From the NCBI GenBank assembly GCA_049511155.1, contig JBEKYI010000001.1, forward strand, positions 1-62,060: a stretch of DNA of 62,060 nucleotides, written 5' to 3'. The position numbers and the translations under genes are program-made. The notes beneath the pieces were generated by a model. The model made no database searches. It had not been told where the DNA came from and saw only the letters and a program-made list of their open reading frames with translations. Position 1 is the first letter of the stretch. Each line of letters opens with the position of its first letter. This stretch comes from Acidimicrobiales bacterium (GTDB lineage Bacteria; Actinomycetota; Acidimicrobiia; Acidimicrobiales; RAAP-2). Positions 37,561 through 46,822 of this stretch are shown piece after piece.

Positions 37561-38270
37561 TACTTCACCAGCGTACCGACGGGCGCACCGTCGAGGGCGC
37601 GCCCGAGGTTCCCATCGGCCATCAGGTCGAAAACGCGAATCGGCAGATTGTTGTCTTTGCAGAACGTGATCGCGGTCATATCCATGACGCGCAAGTTCCT
37701 CGCGATCACTTCATCGAAGGAGATCTCCACGAACTTGTGGGCGTCGGGATTGACCCGCGGATCCTCGTCGTAGACGCCGTCAACGCCGCCGTGCGTACCC
37801 TTCAAGACGATCTCGGCTTCGACCTCGGCCGCGCGCTGGGCGGCGGGCGTGTCGGTCGTGAAGTACGGATTGCCCATGCCGGCGGCGAAGATGACGACGC
37901 GACCTTTCTCCAGGTGACGCACTGCTCGACGGCGAATGTAGGGCTCGGCGACCTGGTTCATGTCGATCGCCGACATCACGCGAGTCGGCCGTCCATGATT
38001 CTCGATCGCGTCTTGAAGAGCGAGCGCGTTGATGACCGTGCCCAACATGCCCATGAGATCGGAGTTCGCACGGTTCATCCCGGCGAGTTCACCAGTTGCG
38101 CCACGCCAGATGTTGCCGCCACCGACCACGACGGCCAGTTCCAGTCCGCCGCGTTCCATCGCCGCAGCAATCTCAATGGCGAGAAAGTCAACAGTCGAGG
38201 CGTCAATGGTTTCGTCGCTCGCGGCCGAAGCCAACGCTTCGCCCGAGAGCTTTAAGACCATTCGACGCAC
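37560..38270 (-). CDS. pyrH: UMP kinase
   Basis: LKLSGEAL, VGGGNIWRG, GMLGTVIN, GNPYFTTD, MDMTA. Confidence 0.95.
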   Translation of the reverse strand: MRRMVLKLSGEALASAASDETIDASTVDFLAIEIAAAMERGGLELAVVVGGGNIWRGATGELAGMNRANSDLMGMLGTVINALALQDAIENHGRPTRVMSAIDMNQVAEPYIRRRAVRHLEKGRVVIFAAGMGNPYFTTDTPAAQRAAEVEAEIVLKGTHGGVDGVYDEDPRVNPDAHKFVEISFDEVIARNLRVMDMTAITFCKDNNLPIRVFDLMADGNLGRALDGAPVGTLVK

Positions 38271-38277
38271 GATTGTC

Positions 38278-39069
38278 CTATCCCCCGATGACAACTTGAG
38301 CGTACGCGGTTATTGTCGCACCCTTCAAGAACTGAGCCACCGTTTCTTTTTCGTCCTGGACGTAGGGCTGGTCCAACAAGACCCGGTCCTTGTACCAACC
38401 GTTGAGTCGACCTTCGAGGATCTTGGGGATCGCCGCTTCGGGCTTGCCTTCGTTGCGAGTGATCTCCTCGATGGTCTTTCGCTCGGCGTCAACGGCCTCC
38501 GCGGGCACGTCGTCGCGGCTGAGGTACTCCGGCTTGGCAAAGGCGATGTGCAGTGCGATCTCGTGGGCGACTTCCTCGCTCGCGCCCTTGACGACCACGA
38601 TCACGGCGTTCACACCACGATTCGCTTGAATGTGCTGGTAGGTGTCGATGACCTCACCGGGACCGGCCTCGAGGCGATAGACGCGACCGATGGAGATGTT
38701 TTCCTTGAGCGTCGTCAACATCACGTCGATGTTCTCTTTGAAGTGGGCGATGGACTGATCGCCGTCAGCCACGACGGCAGCAGCGATCTCGTCAGCCAAG
38801 GCCACGAACTCCTGGGACTTGGCCACGAAGTCCGTCTCGCAGCGCAGCTCCACGATGGCCGCAACGTTGCCGTCACGAACCACCGCGACCGCGCCTTCGC
38901 TCGCCTCGCGACTCGCGCGCTTCTCAGCCGAGGCGAGCCCCTGGATGCGTAGCAACCGGATCGCGGCCTCCATGTCGCCGTCTGAGTCTTCGAGCGCTCT
39001 CTTGGCATCCATCATCCCCACGCCGGTTGCTTGGCGCAGGTTCTGTACGTCCTTGGCGGTGATCGTCAC
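38278..39069 (-). CDS. tsf: Elongation factor Ts
   Basis: ITAKDVQNLRQATGVGMMDAKRAL, ELRCETDFVAK; GAGGAG SD before GTG 39069. Confidence 0.96.
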   Translation of the reverse strand: MTITAKDVQNLRQATGVGMMDAKRALEDSDGDMEAAIRLLRIQGLASAEKRASREASEGAVAVVRDGNVAAIVELRCETDFVAKSQEFVALADEIAAAVVADGDQSIAHFKENIDVMLTTLKENISIGRVYRLEAGPGEVIDTYQHIQANRGVNAVIVVVKGASEEVAHEIALHIAFAKPEYLSRDDVPAEAVDAERKTIEEITRNEGKPEAAIPKILEGRLNGWYKDRVLLDQPYVQDEKETVAQFLKGATITAYAQVVIGG

Positions 39070-39097
39070 CTTGAAGTCTCCTCTTCGAGTCGGTGTC

Positions 39098-39835
39098 TTA
39101 AGCGCTCGCGGTGCTGGTCGATGGAGTGACCGTGACCGCGGGGCGGTTCTGGCGGATAAAGCGTCCTTCGGTGACCGCATCAGCCATAAGGCGGCACAGA
39201 AGCGAGCCGGCCCGGATGGCGTCGTCGTTGCCGGGGATGACGTAGTCAATGACGTCGGGGTCACAGTTCGTGTCCACGACCGCGACGACGGGCAGGCCGA
39301 GCTTCTTGGCTTCGGTGACTGCGATGTGCTCCTTCTTCGTGTCGATGACGAAGATGGCGTCGGGGACGCGATCGAGGTTGGCGATACCGCTCAGGTTGCG
39401 GTCCAACTTCTCGAGTTCACGACTGTGGCGCAGCGCCTCGCGCTTGGGCATGTTGGCAAAGTCACCCGCGCGCTCCATGGCGCGCAGTTCAATGAGTCGC
39501 TTCACGCGGCCGGCGACGGTCGAGAAGTTCGTGAGCATCCCGCCCAGCCACCGCTGGTTCACGAAGGGCATGCCGCAGGCCTTGGCGTAGTCCTCGATGG
39601 GGCCCTGAGTCTGCTTCTTGGTCCCCACGAAGAGGATTACGCCGCCGCCCGCCACCAGGTCGCGCACGAAGGCGTAGCTGGTTTCGATGCCCGCGAGGGT
39701 CTTGCGCAGATCGATGAGGTAGATGCCGTTGCGCTCGCCGAGAATGAAGCGACGCATCTTGGGGTTCCAGCGACGGGTCTGGTGCCCGAAGTGCACGCCC
39801 GAGTCCAACAGTTCCTGCAGTGTGACGAGTGCCAC
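39098..39835 (-). CDS. rpsB: 30S ribosomal protein S2
   Basis: [39 protein letters not shown]. Confidence 0.97.
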   Translation of the reverse strand: MALVTLQELLDSGVHFGHQTRRWNPKMRRFILGERNGIYLIDLRKTLAGIETSYAFVRDLVAGGGVILFVGTKKQTQGPIEDYAKACGMPFVNQRWLGGMLTNFSTVAGRVKRLIELRAMERAGDFANMPKREALRHSRELEKLDRNLSGIANLDRVPDAIFVIDTKKEHIAVTEAKKLGLPVVAVVDTNCDPDVIDYVIPGNDDAIRAGSLLCRLMADAVTEGRFIRQNRPAVTVTPSTSTASA

Positions 39836-39954
39836 GATCAGTTTTTCCTTCCGTATGGTTGCTTCAACCCCGCGGGAGCACCCCGAAGGGCGACCGTACG
39901 AAACCGCGAGGACAACTCAGTGCTCCCCCACTCTGAGAGAGCCCGTCTAGTGTA
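39836..39954 (-). promoter_or_regulatory. rpsB promoter (-10 TACACT) and structured 5' leader
   Basis: TACACT at 39954-39949. Complementary segments GGGAGCAC/GTGCTCCC, CCTCGCGG/CCGCGGGG and a CCC-TTCG-GGG hairpin. Confidence 0.55.
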
Positions 39955-39968
39955 CCGGACCGCTGGAC

Positions 39969-40877
39969 CTAGCCCCGCGGGTGGGTCTCGTGGTGCACGT
40001 TCTGGAGACGTGACTTCGAGACGTGGGTGTAGATCTGGGTCGTCTTTAAGTTCTCGTGGCCGAGAAGCTCTTGGACCACGCGCAGGTCAGCCCCACCCTC
40101 GACGAGGTGGGTGGCGAAGGTGTGGCGAAGTGCGTGGGGATAGACGTGTCCCTGGGACACTCGGTGATCGAGGATGCGTCGCACGTCACGCGAGCCCAAA
40201 CGACGACCGCGCCGGTTGAAGAAGAGCGCCTCGGGCGGCGAGTCCTCCTTGCGCACGTCGTCGCGCGCGTCATCGATCCACAGGCGAATCGCTTCGAGCG
40301 CCTTGCGGTGCAGGGGTACGAGTCGCTCCTTGCGCCCCTTGCCCAACACGCGGATCAGGCCGCTCGAAAAATCGACGCTGTCCAGGTCGAGCCCGCACAG
40401 TTCCGACACGCGCAGTCCCGCGCCGTAGAGCACCTCGCACACCGCCCGATCCAGTACGGCCCACTCGTCTTCGCCCCAGTCGTCGTCCAGCAGGTCTTCG
40501 AGCTGCTCGCGCACCACGATCGTGGGCAGGCGATGGGTCGCCTTGGGCGCGAGCAGGCGCGCCGCAGGATTGCTCTCGACGTGCTCTCGCTCGAAGAGCC
40601 ACGCGAAGTAACTGCGCAACGACGCGCGTCGTCGCAAGACCGAACTTCGCTCATCGCCGCGACTCGTCATGAAGACCATGTAGTCGCGAAGGTCGCGCTT
40701 GGTCACGCTCGAAGGATCCAGGCGGTCGCGTCCGTCGGCCCAGGCGACAAAGGCCCGCAGGTCGCTTAAGTAACTGCGGGTCGTGGCCGGTGAGCGATCC
40801 AGGGCCTGGAGGGTCTCGGCGTACCCGTCAAGACGCCACCGCCTCGCGGTGCGCTCGCTCAAAGTCACGGCCGACAC
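39969..40877 (-). CDS. xerC: Tyrosine recombinase XerC (chromosomal)
   Basis: GLRVSEL, GKGRKER, HALRHTFATH, LLGH, TTQIYT; upstream of rpsB as is usual in actinobacteria. XerC versus XerD assignment is by synteny. Confidence 0.85.
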   Translation of the reverse strand: MSAVTLSERTARRWRLDGYAETLQALDRSPATTRSYLSDLRAFVAWADGRDRLDPSSVTKRDLRDYMVFMTSRGDERSSVLRRRASLRSYFAWLFEREHVESNPAARLLAPKATHRLPTIVVREQLEDLLDDDWGEDEWAVLDRAVCEVLYGAGLRVSELCGLDLDSVDFSSGLIRVLGKGRKERLVPLHRKALEAIRLWIDDARDDVRKEDSPPEALFFNRRGRRLGSRDVRRILDHRVSQGHVYPHALRHTFATHLVEGGADLRVVQELLGHENLKTTQIYTHVSKSRLQNVHHETHPRG

Positions 40878-40948
40878 CCCTCCAGGCTAGTGATTGACGG
40901 CTTCTACCACCGGTTTCAGTAGTCTTGGCGGAGTCTGAAGGAGTGTCG

Positions 40949-41623
40949 ATGCCTCGTATTTTGATCGTCGAAGACGACGACCACATTCGCACCGCGTTGC
41001 GACTCATGTTCGAGGGCGAGGGTTTCAGCGTGGACGACGCGCCCACGGGAGAGCTGGGCGTCGCGTTGTTCTCGCGCATGACCTCGGATGTCGCGATCGT
41101 CGACGTGATGCTGCCGGGCATGACGGGATTTCAGACCTGTGAGGCCCTGCGCGCCACGAGCGACGTGCCCATCGTCATCGTCTCCGCGCGCGACGAGACG
41201 GTCGACGTCGTGCTCGGCCTGGAGTCCGGCGCGGACGACTATGTCACCAAGCCCTTCGTGCCCGAAGAACTCCTGGCCCGGGTGCGCGCGCACTTGCGTC
41301 GGCGACCCGACAAGAGCACGCACGCCTTTCAGTTGGGCGAGCTCCACGTGATCCCTGACGAGGGCGTCGTTCGTCACAGTGACGGCAGTGAGCTGCACCT
41401 CACCTCAACGGAGTTTCGCCTGCTCACCGATTTGGCGGCCGCCAACGGCAAGGTGCTCTCGCGCGAAGATCTTCTCGAGCACGTCTGGGGCTATGACTAC
41501 TTCGGCGACAGTCGCCTGGTCGACGTACACATTCGGCGCCTGCGCATGAAGATTGAGCCCGACCCCGCCAGTCCCACCTACCTCGTGACGGTTCGAGGAA
41601 CGGGCTACAAGCTGGTCATCTAA
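40949..41623 (+). CDS. OmpR/PhoB-family response regulator (MtrA/CseB-like)
   Basis: ILIVEDD, DVMLP, GADDYVTKPF, LTSTEF, VWGYDYFGDSRLVDVHIRRLR; AAGGAG SD. Confidence 0.92.
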   Translation: MPRILIVEDDDHIRTALRLMFEGEGFSVDDAPTGELGVALFSRMTSDVAIVDVMLPGMTGFQTCEALRATSDVPIVIVSARDETVDVVLGLESGADDYVTKPFVPEELLARVRAHLRRRPDKSTHAFQLGELHVIPDEGVVRHSDGSELHLTSTEFRLLTDLAAANGKVLSREDLLEHVWGYDYFGDSRLVDVHIRRLRMKIEPDPASPTYLVTVRGTGYKLVI

Positions 41624-43014
41624 TGCATCAGCGGAGCCTGCGCTTTCGGCTACTGTTGACCTTTGGCCTCGGAGCCGTCGTCCTGTCTGCCCTGTTCGCC
41701 ACGCTCACCTACGTGGGCGTTCACCACGAGCTGGTGAGCGACCTCCAGCACACCGACCTGCACGAGAGCTACGAGAACGCCGCGCTTGTGCGCTCCACGC
41801 TCTACACCTCGGCCCCGGACCTCGACCGGATCGTCGACTCGATCGAGCACGCCACGGGCTCGGGCGTACTCGTGAAGACCTTCGGCCAGTACCTCGCTGC
41901 CAGCCAGGGCGCCTCCAGCCGTGATGTGCCGTCGGCCGCCAGCTCACTCGTGGCCAAGGGTGAAGCCACCGCCCAGATCATCGACATCAACGGCAATCTC
42001 GACTTTGTGGTGGGCATACCCATGCCCGCCGTGGAGACTCAGTTCTACGAAGTGTTCCCGATGGCCACTCTCGAGAGATCCCTGGACACACTGCTCCACA
42101 ATCTCCTCCTCGGTGCGCTCGCCACCTCGCTCTTAGGCATCGCCGGCGGGCTGTGGGTGGCCCGGCGAGCGGTCCAACCGCTCGAGCGGGTCTCGCACGC
42201 CGCGGCGGCGATCGCGGACGGCAATCTATCGACACGACTCGAGGTCACCAACGCCGACCGCGAAGTCCAACAGCTCACCGAGTCCTTCAACGAGATGGTG
42301 AGCCAGCTCGTCGAGCGATTGGAGCGCGACGCTCGTTTCGCGAGCGACGTCAGTCACGAGTTGCGATCGCCACTCACGACACTCGCCACGACTTCGAGCG
42401 TCCTCCAACAACACCGCAGCGAACTCTCTCCTGCGGGCCAAGAGAGCCTTGACCTACTCAGCGCCGACTTATTGATCTTTCAGTCCTTAGTCGAGGACCT
42501 CCTCGAGATGGCCCGCAGCGACGCGGGCGCCGTTCCCTTGGTCATCGAGTCGGTAAACGCGGTCGAACTGGTGCGACAGTCGGTTCGCTCCTCCGCGCGA
42601 CGCCACGGGCTGGCCGAGCCACCGGTCAGCGTCGGCGCGTCGGTTGGCTCGCCGGTCACCTCGGTCGACCGACGCCGCTTCGAGCGCGTCGTCGCCAATC
42701 TCATCGACAACGCGCACTACTACGCGGGCGGGGCCAGCGAGGTTCGCATCGACGTGGCGGGAAACCTCCTGACCATCAGCATCGATGACGCCGGTTCGGG
42801 GGTGCCCGCTGAGGAGCGCGAGGCCGTCTTCGAGCGATTCTTTCGCGGCCGGGCCGCCCATGACCGTGGCGTCGCGCGCGGCACGGGACTCGGCTTGGCG
42901 CTGGTGCGCGACCACGTGCGAGCCTTCGGCGGCACTATTCACGTCGAGGAGAGCCCCGAGGGCGGCGCCCGCTTTCAAATCGTGCTCCCCTACCACGACG
43001 AGGTCGAGGAATGA
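41623..43014 (+). CDS. HAMP-domain sensor histidine kinase
   Basis: Two TM segments, HAMP domain, DVSHELRSPL H-box, NLIDNA, DDAGSG, FERFFR, GTGLGL. Confidence 0.93.
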   Translation: MHQRSLRFRLLLTFGLGAVVLSALFATLTYVGVHHELVSDLQHTDLHESYENAALVRSTLYTSAPDLDRIVDSIEHATGSGVLVKTFGQYLAASQGASSRDVPSAASSLVAKGEATAQIIDINGNLDFVVGIPMPAVETQFYEVFPMATLERSLDTLLHNLLLGALATSLLGIAGGLWVARRAVQPLERVSHAAAAIADGNLSTRLEVTNADREVQQLTESFNEMVSQLVERLERDARFASDVSHELRSPLTTLATTSSVLQQHRSELSPAGQESLDLLSADLLIFQSLVEDLLEMARSDAGAVPLVIESVNAVELVRQSVRSSARRHGLAEPPVSVGASVGSPVTSVDRRRFERVVANLIDNAHYYAGGASEVRIDVAGNLLTISIDDAGSGVPAEEREAVFERFFRGRAAHDRGVARGTGLGLALVRDHVRAFGGTIHVEESPEGGARFQIVLPYHDEVEE

Positions 43015-43586
43015 GACATCGCGTCGTGCCCCTGATTGTCCTCGGCGCTCTGGCGCTCTCGAGTTGCACCCTGGTGACACCCAACGCCACGCCGATGCGC
43101 CTGCCTTCCAAGAACGTGCCCTTCGGACTCCTCAACGCCACGATTCCCGGCACCAATCACGCGCGCGTGCGCTTCATCACCCAACCCGTGTACATCGTGG
43201 ACGCTTCGGGGCACCTGGCCCCCTCCAGTCGAATCGTGCCGTCGCCGCCCGCCCTCGCTACGGTCGTCGAACAACTCCTGCTCGGACCCACGCAGATCGA
43301 AACCTCGGCGGGCTACTCCTCCGCTCTGCCTAAATCACTCGTTGTGATATCGGCCAACGTGGTCAACAACATTGGCTACATCAACTTCGCGACGTCTCTC
43401 TCGTCGCTACCGCGTTCCCAACAACTGCTCGCCGTCGGACAACTCGTTCTCACCGCTGACGTGGTGGGTGCCACCAAGGGACTGGAGATTCGTGTCGCGG
43501 GTTCTCCGCAGGATCTGCTGTTGCCGAACGGCAAGCGCACGAACCTCGCCACGCCGAACGATTTCCAGAGTCTGTTGAACGCCTAG
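43011..43586 (+). CDS. GerMN-domain lipoprotein (LpqB/CseA-like accessory)
   Basis: Lipobox LSSC, LLLGPT..E...GYSSALP, AVGQLVLT GerMN pattern; ATGA overlap with the kinase. Confidence 0.75.
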   Translation: MRHRVVPLIVLGALALSSCTLVTPNATPMRLPSKNVPFGLLNATIPGTNHARVRFITQPVYIVDASGHLAPSSRIVPSPPALATVVEQLLLGPTQIETSAGYSSALPKSLVVISANVVNNIGYINFATSLSSLPRSQQLLAVGQLVLTADVVGATKGLEIRVAGSPQDLLLPNGKRTNLATPNDFQSLLNA

Positions 43587-43972
43587 GAGGCGGAGGCGGG
43601 ACGCAGCGTGGGTGCGGCGTTCCATAGGTGCTCGAGGTCGTAGTAGTCGCGCGAACTCTCATCGAAGACGTGCACGATGACATCGCCGTAGTCAAGCGCG
43701 ACCCACTGTGCACTCGCGAGACCCTCAACGTGGTTGGGTTTGACGTCCAGGGCGACCTCGACGAGTCGCTCAATCTCATCGGCGATCGCGCGAACCTGGC
43801 GGTCGTTTCGTCCCGACGTGATGACGAGCGCGTCGAAGGCGTCGACGAGTTCTCGCAGATCCAAGATGACAGTGTCGATGCCGAGTTTTTCTTCGCTCGC
43901 CACGACCGTCGCGTTCAGCAGTGTCGTCACGTACGTGGAGTAAGTGCCGCGAGACAACTCGCCGCTCGTCAC
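43583..43972 (-). CDS. rsfS: Ribosomal silencing factor RsfS (Iojap)
   Basis: SGRNDRQVRAIADEIE, WVALDYGDVIVHVF, RDYYDLEHLW. Start uncertain (43972 or 43930). Confidence 0.93.
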   Translation of the reverse strand: MTSGELSRGTYSTYVTTLLNATVVASEEKLGIDTVILDLRELVDAFDALVITSGRNDRQVRAIADEIERLVEVALDVKPNHVEGLASAQWVALDYGDVIVHVFDESSRDYYDLEHLWNAAPTLRPASAS

Positions 43973-43980
43973 CGTGTCAC

Positions 43981-44157
43981 TCAGTGGGACGTCCCTAGAA
44001 CGATGAGCGCAGCAAAAAAAGGAACAGCGGTCACCACGATGCCAAGAACTGCGAAGCGCTGCTTGGTTCGCCGCGCGTGTTGACGTCGCGGAGCGGCTTC
44101 AAGAGAGTCCAGTCGCGTCGACTGCGCCTCGCTCAGGTCAAACAACCGAACAGCCAT
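43981..44157 (-). CDS. Small hypothetical membrane protein (58 aa, C-terminal TM)
   Basis: Manual translation: MAVRLFDLSEAQSTRLDSLEAAPRRQHARRTKQRFAVLGIVVTAVPFFAALIVLGTSH*. It fills the nadD-rsfS gap with 10- and 8-nt spacers. Confidence 0.7.
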   Translation of the reverse strand: MAVRLFDLSEAQSTRLDSLEAAPRRQHARRTKQRFAVLGIVVTAVPFFAALIVLGTSH

Positions 44158-44167
44158 TGCTTCGACT

Positions 44168-44731
44168 CTAGCCTCGGGCCTTGACGTAGAGAGGAATAAC
44201 TCTCTCGGGCAAGTAGCTCTTCAGATCCGTGTCGCTCAGTGACATGTCACGTATGAACGTACTCGACAAATCAACCGGCTGCATATCAATCTCGTAGTGC
44301 CGCCATCCCGCGGGTGGTTGCCTCGATGATCCAGGGCGCGGCACCACGCCCACTTCAACAAGTTGACGTAACTCGTCGGCCTCGTGCCACTCGTTCAACT
44401 GCGACGCGAGATCAGCCCCTACGATCAGGTCAACCGCCTCTGAGTTCACAAGAAGTTCACGCACGGTGTCGATCGTGTAACTGGGGCCCTGACGTCGGAT
44501 CTCCATATCGGAGACCTCCACGAGCGCAATATCGTCGAAGGCTGCGTGCGCCATGGCGAGGCGTACGTCGGCCGAGAGCACATTGAGTCCCTTGCGATAC
44601 GGCTGACCCGCCACGGTGACCACGATGCGATCGAAGCGCCCGCTGGACGACGCGGCGCGTAAGGCGGCCACGTGGCCCAGGTGCGGCGGGTCGAACGTGC
44701 CCCCGAAGAGGCCGAGATGACGATCGCGCAC
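44168..44731 (-). CDS. nadD: Nicotinate-nucleotide adenylyltransferase
   Basis: GLFGGTFDPPHLGH, SYTIDT, IVGAD, LSSTFIR. Confidence 0.93.
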   Translation of the reverse strand: MRDRHLGLFGGTFDPPHLGHVAALRAASSSGRFDRIVVTVAGQPYRKGLNVLSADVRLAMAHAAFDDIALVEVSDMEIRRQGPSYTIDTVRELLVNSEAVDLIVGADLASQLNEWHEADELRQLVEVGVVPRPGSSRQPPAGWRHYEIDMQPVDLSSTFIRDMSLSDTDLKSYLPERVIPLYVKARG

Positions 44732-44786
44732 CGCCGAATCCTAGGTGCGATTGATCAATAGCTCCCTAAGCACTTAGGCTTAGTTG

Positions 44787-46169
44787 ATGGAGACACCGTC
44801 CTTCGAGTGGACACCCGGACGTTGGCGCGAGTTTTCCGCGGCCCAGAGTCCGACGTGGCCTGACGCGGCGCACTTGGCGCGCGTGGAGGCCGAACTCGCC
44901 ACCAAGCCGCCGCTGGTGTTTGCCGGAGAAGCCCGGCGCCTCCAAGACCAACTGGCTCAAGTGGCTGATGGTAAGGCGTTTCTCCTCCAAGCGGGCGACT
45001 GCGCAGAGTCCTTCCACGAAGGATCGGCCGACGCGATCCGCGACAAGTTAAAAGTCATCTTGCAGATGGCCGTGGCCCTCACCTACGCCGCGGGTGTGCC
45101 GGTCATCAAGGTCGGACGCATCGCCGGCCAGTTTGCCAAGCCCCGCACGGACGAGTTCGAGGAACGCGACGGCGAACGTTTTCCCGCCTTTCGCGGGCAC
45201 ATCGTCAACTCCGAGGAGTTCAACGCCGACGCGCGTCGCGCGGACCCCGATCGACTCCTCGCGGCCTATCACCAGAGCGTCTCGACGCTTAATCTGCTGC
45301 GCGCCTTCACGACGGGTGGCTACGCCGCGCTCAGTCGCGTGCACGCGTGGAACCAGGAGTTCGTCGCCAACTCCCTCGAGGGCAAGCGCTACGAAGTCAT
45401 TGCGGACGAAATCGAACGCGCCCTCGCGTTCATGAAGGCCTGTGGCATCGACCTCGCCGACGATCAGGCGTTGCAGGCGGTGGATTTCTACACCAGTCAC
45501 GAAGCCCTCATCCTGAACTACGAGCAGGCCCTCACGCGGCGCGACTCACTCACCGGCGACTGGTACGACTGCTCGGCCCACCTGTTGTGGATCGGCGATC
45601 GCACCCGTCAGCTCGATGGCGCCCACGTCAACTTTCTGCGGGGGGTATCCAATCCGCTCGGACTCAAGGTTGGACCGACCATGGGCGTCGATGAACTGCG
45701 TCGTCTCGTTGACGTGCTGAATCCTCAGAATGTGCCGGGCCGCCTCACGCTGATCTCCCGCATGGGACATCAGCGCATCAGCGAACTACTCCCACCGCTC
45801 GTCGAAGCCCTGCGCGACGATGGTCGTCGCGAACTGTGGACGTGCGATCCGATGCACGGCAACACCTACGTCGCTTCGGGCGGCCAAAAGACGCGCCACT
45901 TCGACGACGTGCTCAACGAGACCTCCCAGTTCTTCCTCGTGCACCAGGCGCTGGGCACGTGGCCGGGGGGACTGCACATTGAACTCACCGGTGACGACGT
46001 CACCGAGTGCCTGGGGGGCGGATCTCGGCTCAACGAGACGGATCTCGACGTGAACTACACCACCATCTGCGACCCGCGACTGAATGCCACCCAGAGCCTG
46101 GACATGGCCTTTCACGTGGCCGAGTACCTCCAGCGCTACTCCACGCCGATCGGTGAGAGGTCGTTGTAG
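44787..46169 (+). CDS. Class II 3-deoxy-7-phosphoheptulonate (DAHP) synthase
   Basis: [49 protein letters not shown]. Confidence 0.95.
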   Translation: METPSFEWTPGRWREFSAAQSPTWPDAAHLARVEAELATKPPLVFAGEARRLQDQLAQVADGKAFLLQAGDCAESFHEGSADAIRDKLKVILQMAVALTYAAGVPVIKVGRIAGQFAKPRTDEFEERDGERFPAFRGHIVNSEEFNADARRADPDRLLAAYHQSVSTLNLLRAFTTGGYAALSRVHAWNQEFVANSLEGKRYEVIADEIERALAFMKACGIDLADDQALQAVDFYTSHEALILNYEQALTRRDSLTGDWYDCSAHLLWIGDRTRQLDGAHVNFLRGVSNPLGLKVGPTMGVDELRRLVDVLNPQNVPGRLTLISRMGHQRISELLPPLVEALRDDGRRELWTCDPMHGNTYVASGGQKTRHFDDVLNETSQFFLVHQALGTWPGGLHIELTGDDVTECLGGGSRLNETDLDVNYTTICDPRLNATQSLDMAFHVAEYLQRYSTPIGERSL

Positions 46170-46822
46170 CGAAGCAGGCGCATGCCGGCGTCGTGAAACT
46201 CGATCTCGGTCATCGACAGATGCTCGATACGCGGGCGCAGGCGCACTGACGCGTCGAGGCCCTGGTAGATCTTCATGGCCTGTTCGATCACGCCACCGTG
46301 CGAGACGATGACGACCAGTTCATTGGGGTGACGCGCGACGATCAAATCGATGATGGCCACGCAGCGTGCGTGAAACTCAATCAGCGACTCACCCCCGGGC
46401 ACGTTGCGCCGACGGGGATCGACGTCCCAGTTAGGTAGTTCGTAGCGATCTTCGATCTCGGACCACGTGAGCCCGTCGGCCACTCCCACGCGCAGCTCGC
46501 CCAGGTCCTCCTCGCGATGGACAGTGAGATCGGGATTGATCGCGCCAAAGACGATCGAACCGGTTTCGATGGCGCGCGGCAGCATCGAGGTATAGAAGGC
46601 CCGCGCGCCGTCAAGCTCGTGAGTGATCGACACGCGACGGGCGAGCGCTCGGGACTGTGCGCGTCCCAACTCGGTCAGCCCGCCGTCGCCGATCGGACCT
46701 CCGGCGAGGCCTCGTTCGTTGGCCACACACTCACCGTGGCGAATGAAGACGAGTCGCGTGCCCGTGGGCAGTGGCCCGCGCTGACGAAAGCCTTCGGGTG
46801 GGAGACGTTCGGCGAGGCTCAC
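46136..46822 (-). CDS. Histidine phosphatase (phosphoglycerate mutase family)
   Basis: FIRHGE, S..PRAIET, PGGES, VSHGGVI; GTGA overlap with the VWA gene stop. Confidence 0.88.
   Translation of the reverse strand: MSLAERLPPEGFRQRGPLPTGTRLVFIRHGECVANERGLAGGPIGDGGLTELGRAQSRALARRVSITHELDGARAFYTSMLPRAIETGSIVFGAINPDLTVHREEDLGELRVGVADGLTWSEIEDRYELPNWDVDPRRRNVPGGESLIEFHARCVAIIDLIVARHPNELVVIVSHGGVIEQAMKIYQGLDASVRLRPRIEHLSMTEIEFHDAGMRLLRYNDLSPIGVE

Noticed and set aside
39969-40877. Tyrosine recombinase as an integrase of a mobile element
   Set aside because: Its size, motifs and position upstream of rpsB fit chromosomal XerC; I saw no att repeats, tRNA or phage/ICE genes around it.
46136-46169. 34-nt convergent overlap of DAHP synthase and phosphatase genes (also the 4-nt CTAG overlap at 43583-43586)
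   Set aside because: Short 3' overlaps are common in compact high-GC genomes; there is no further evidence of antisense regulation.
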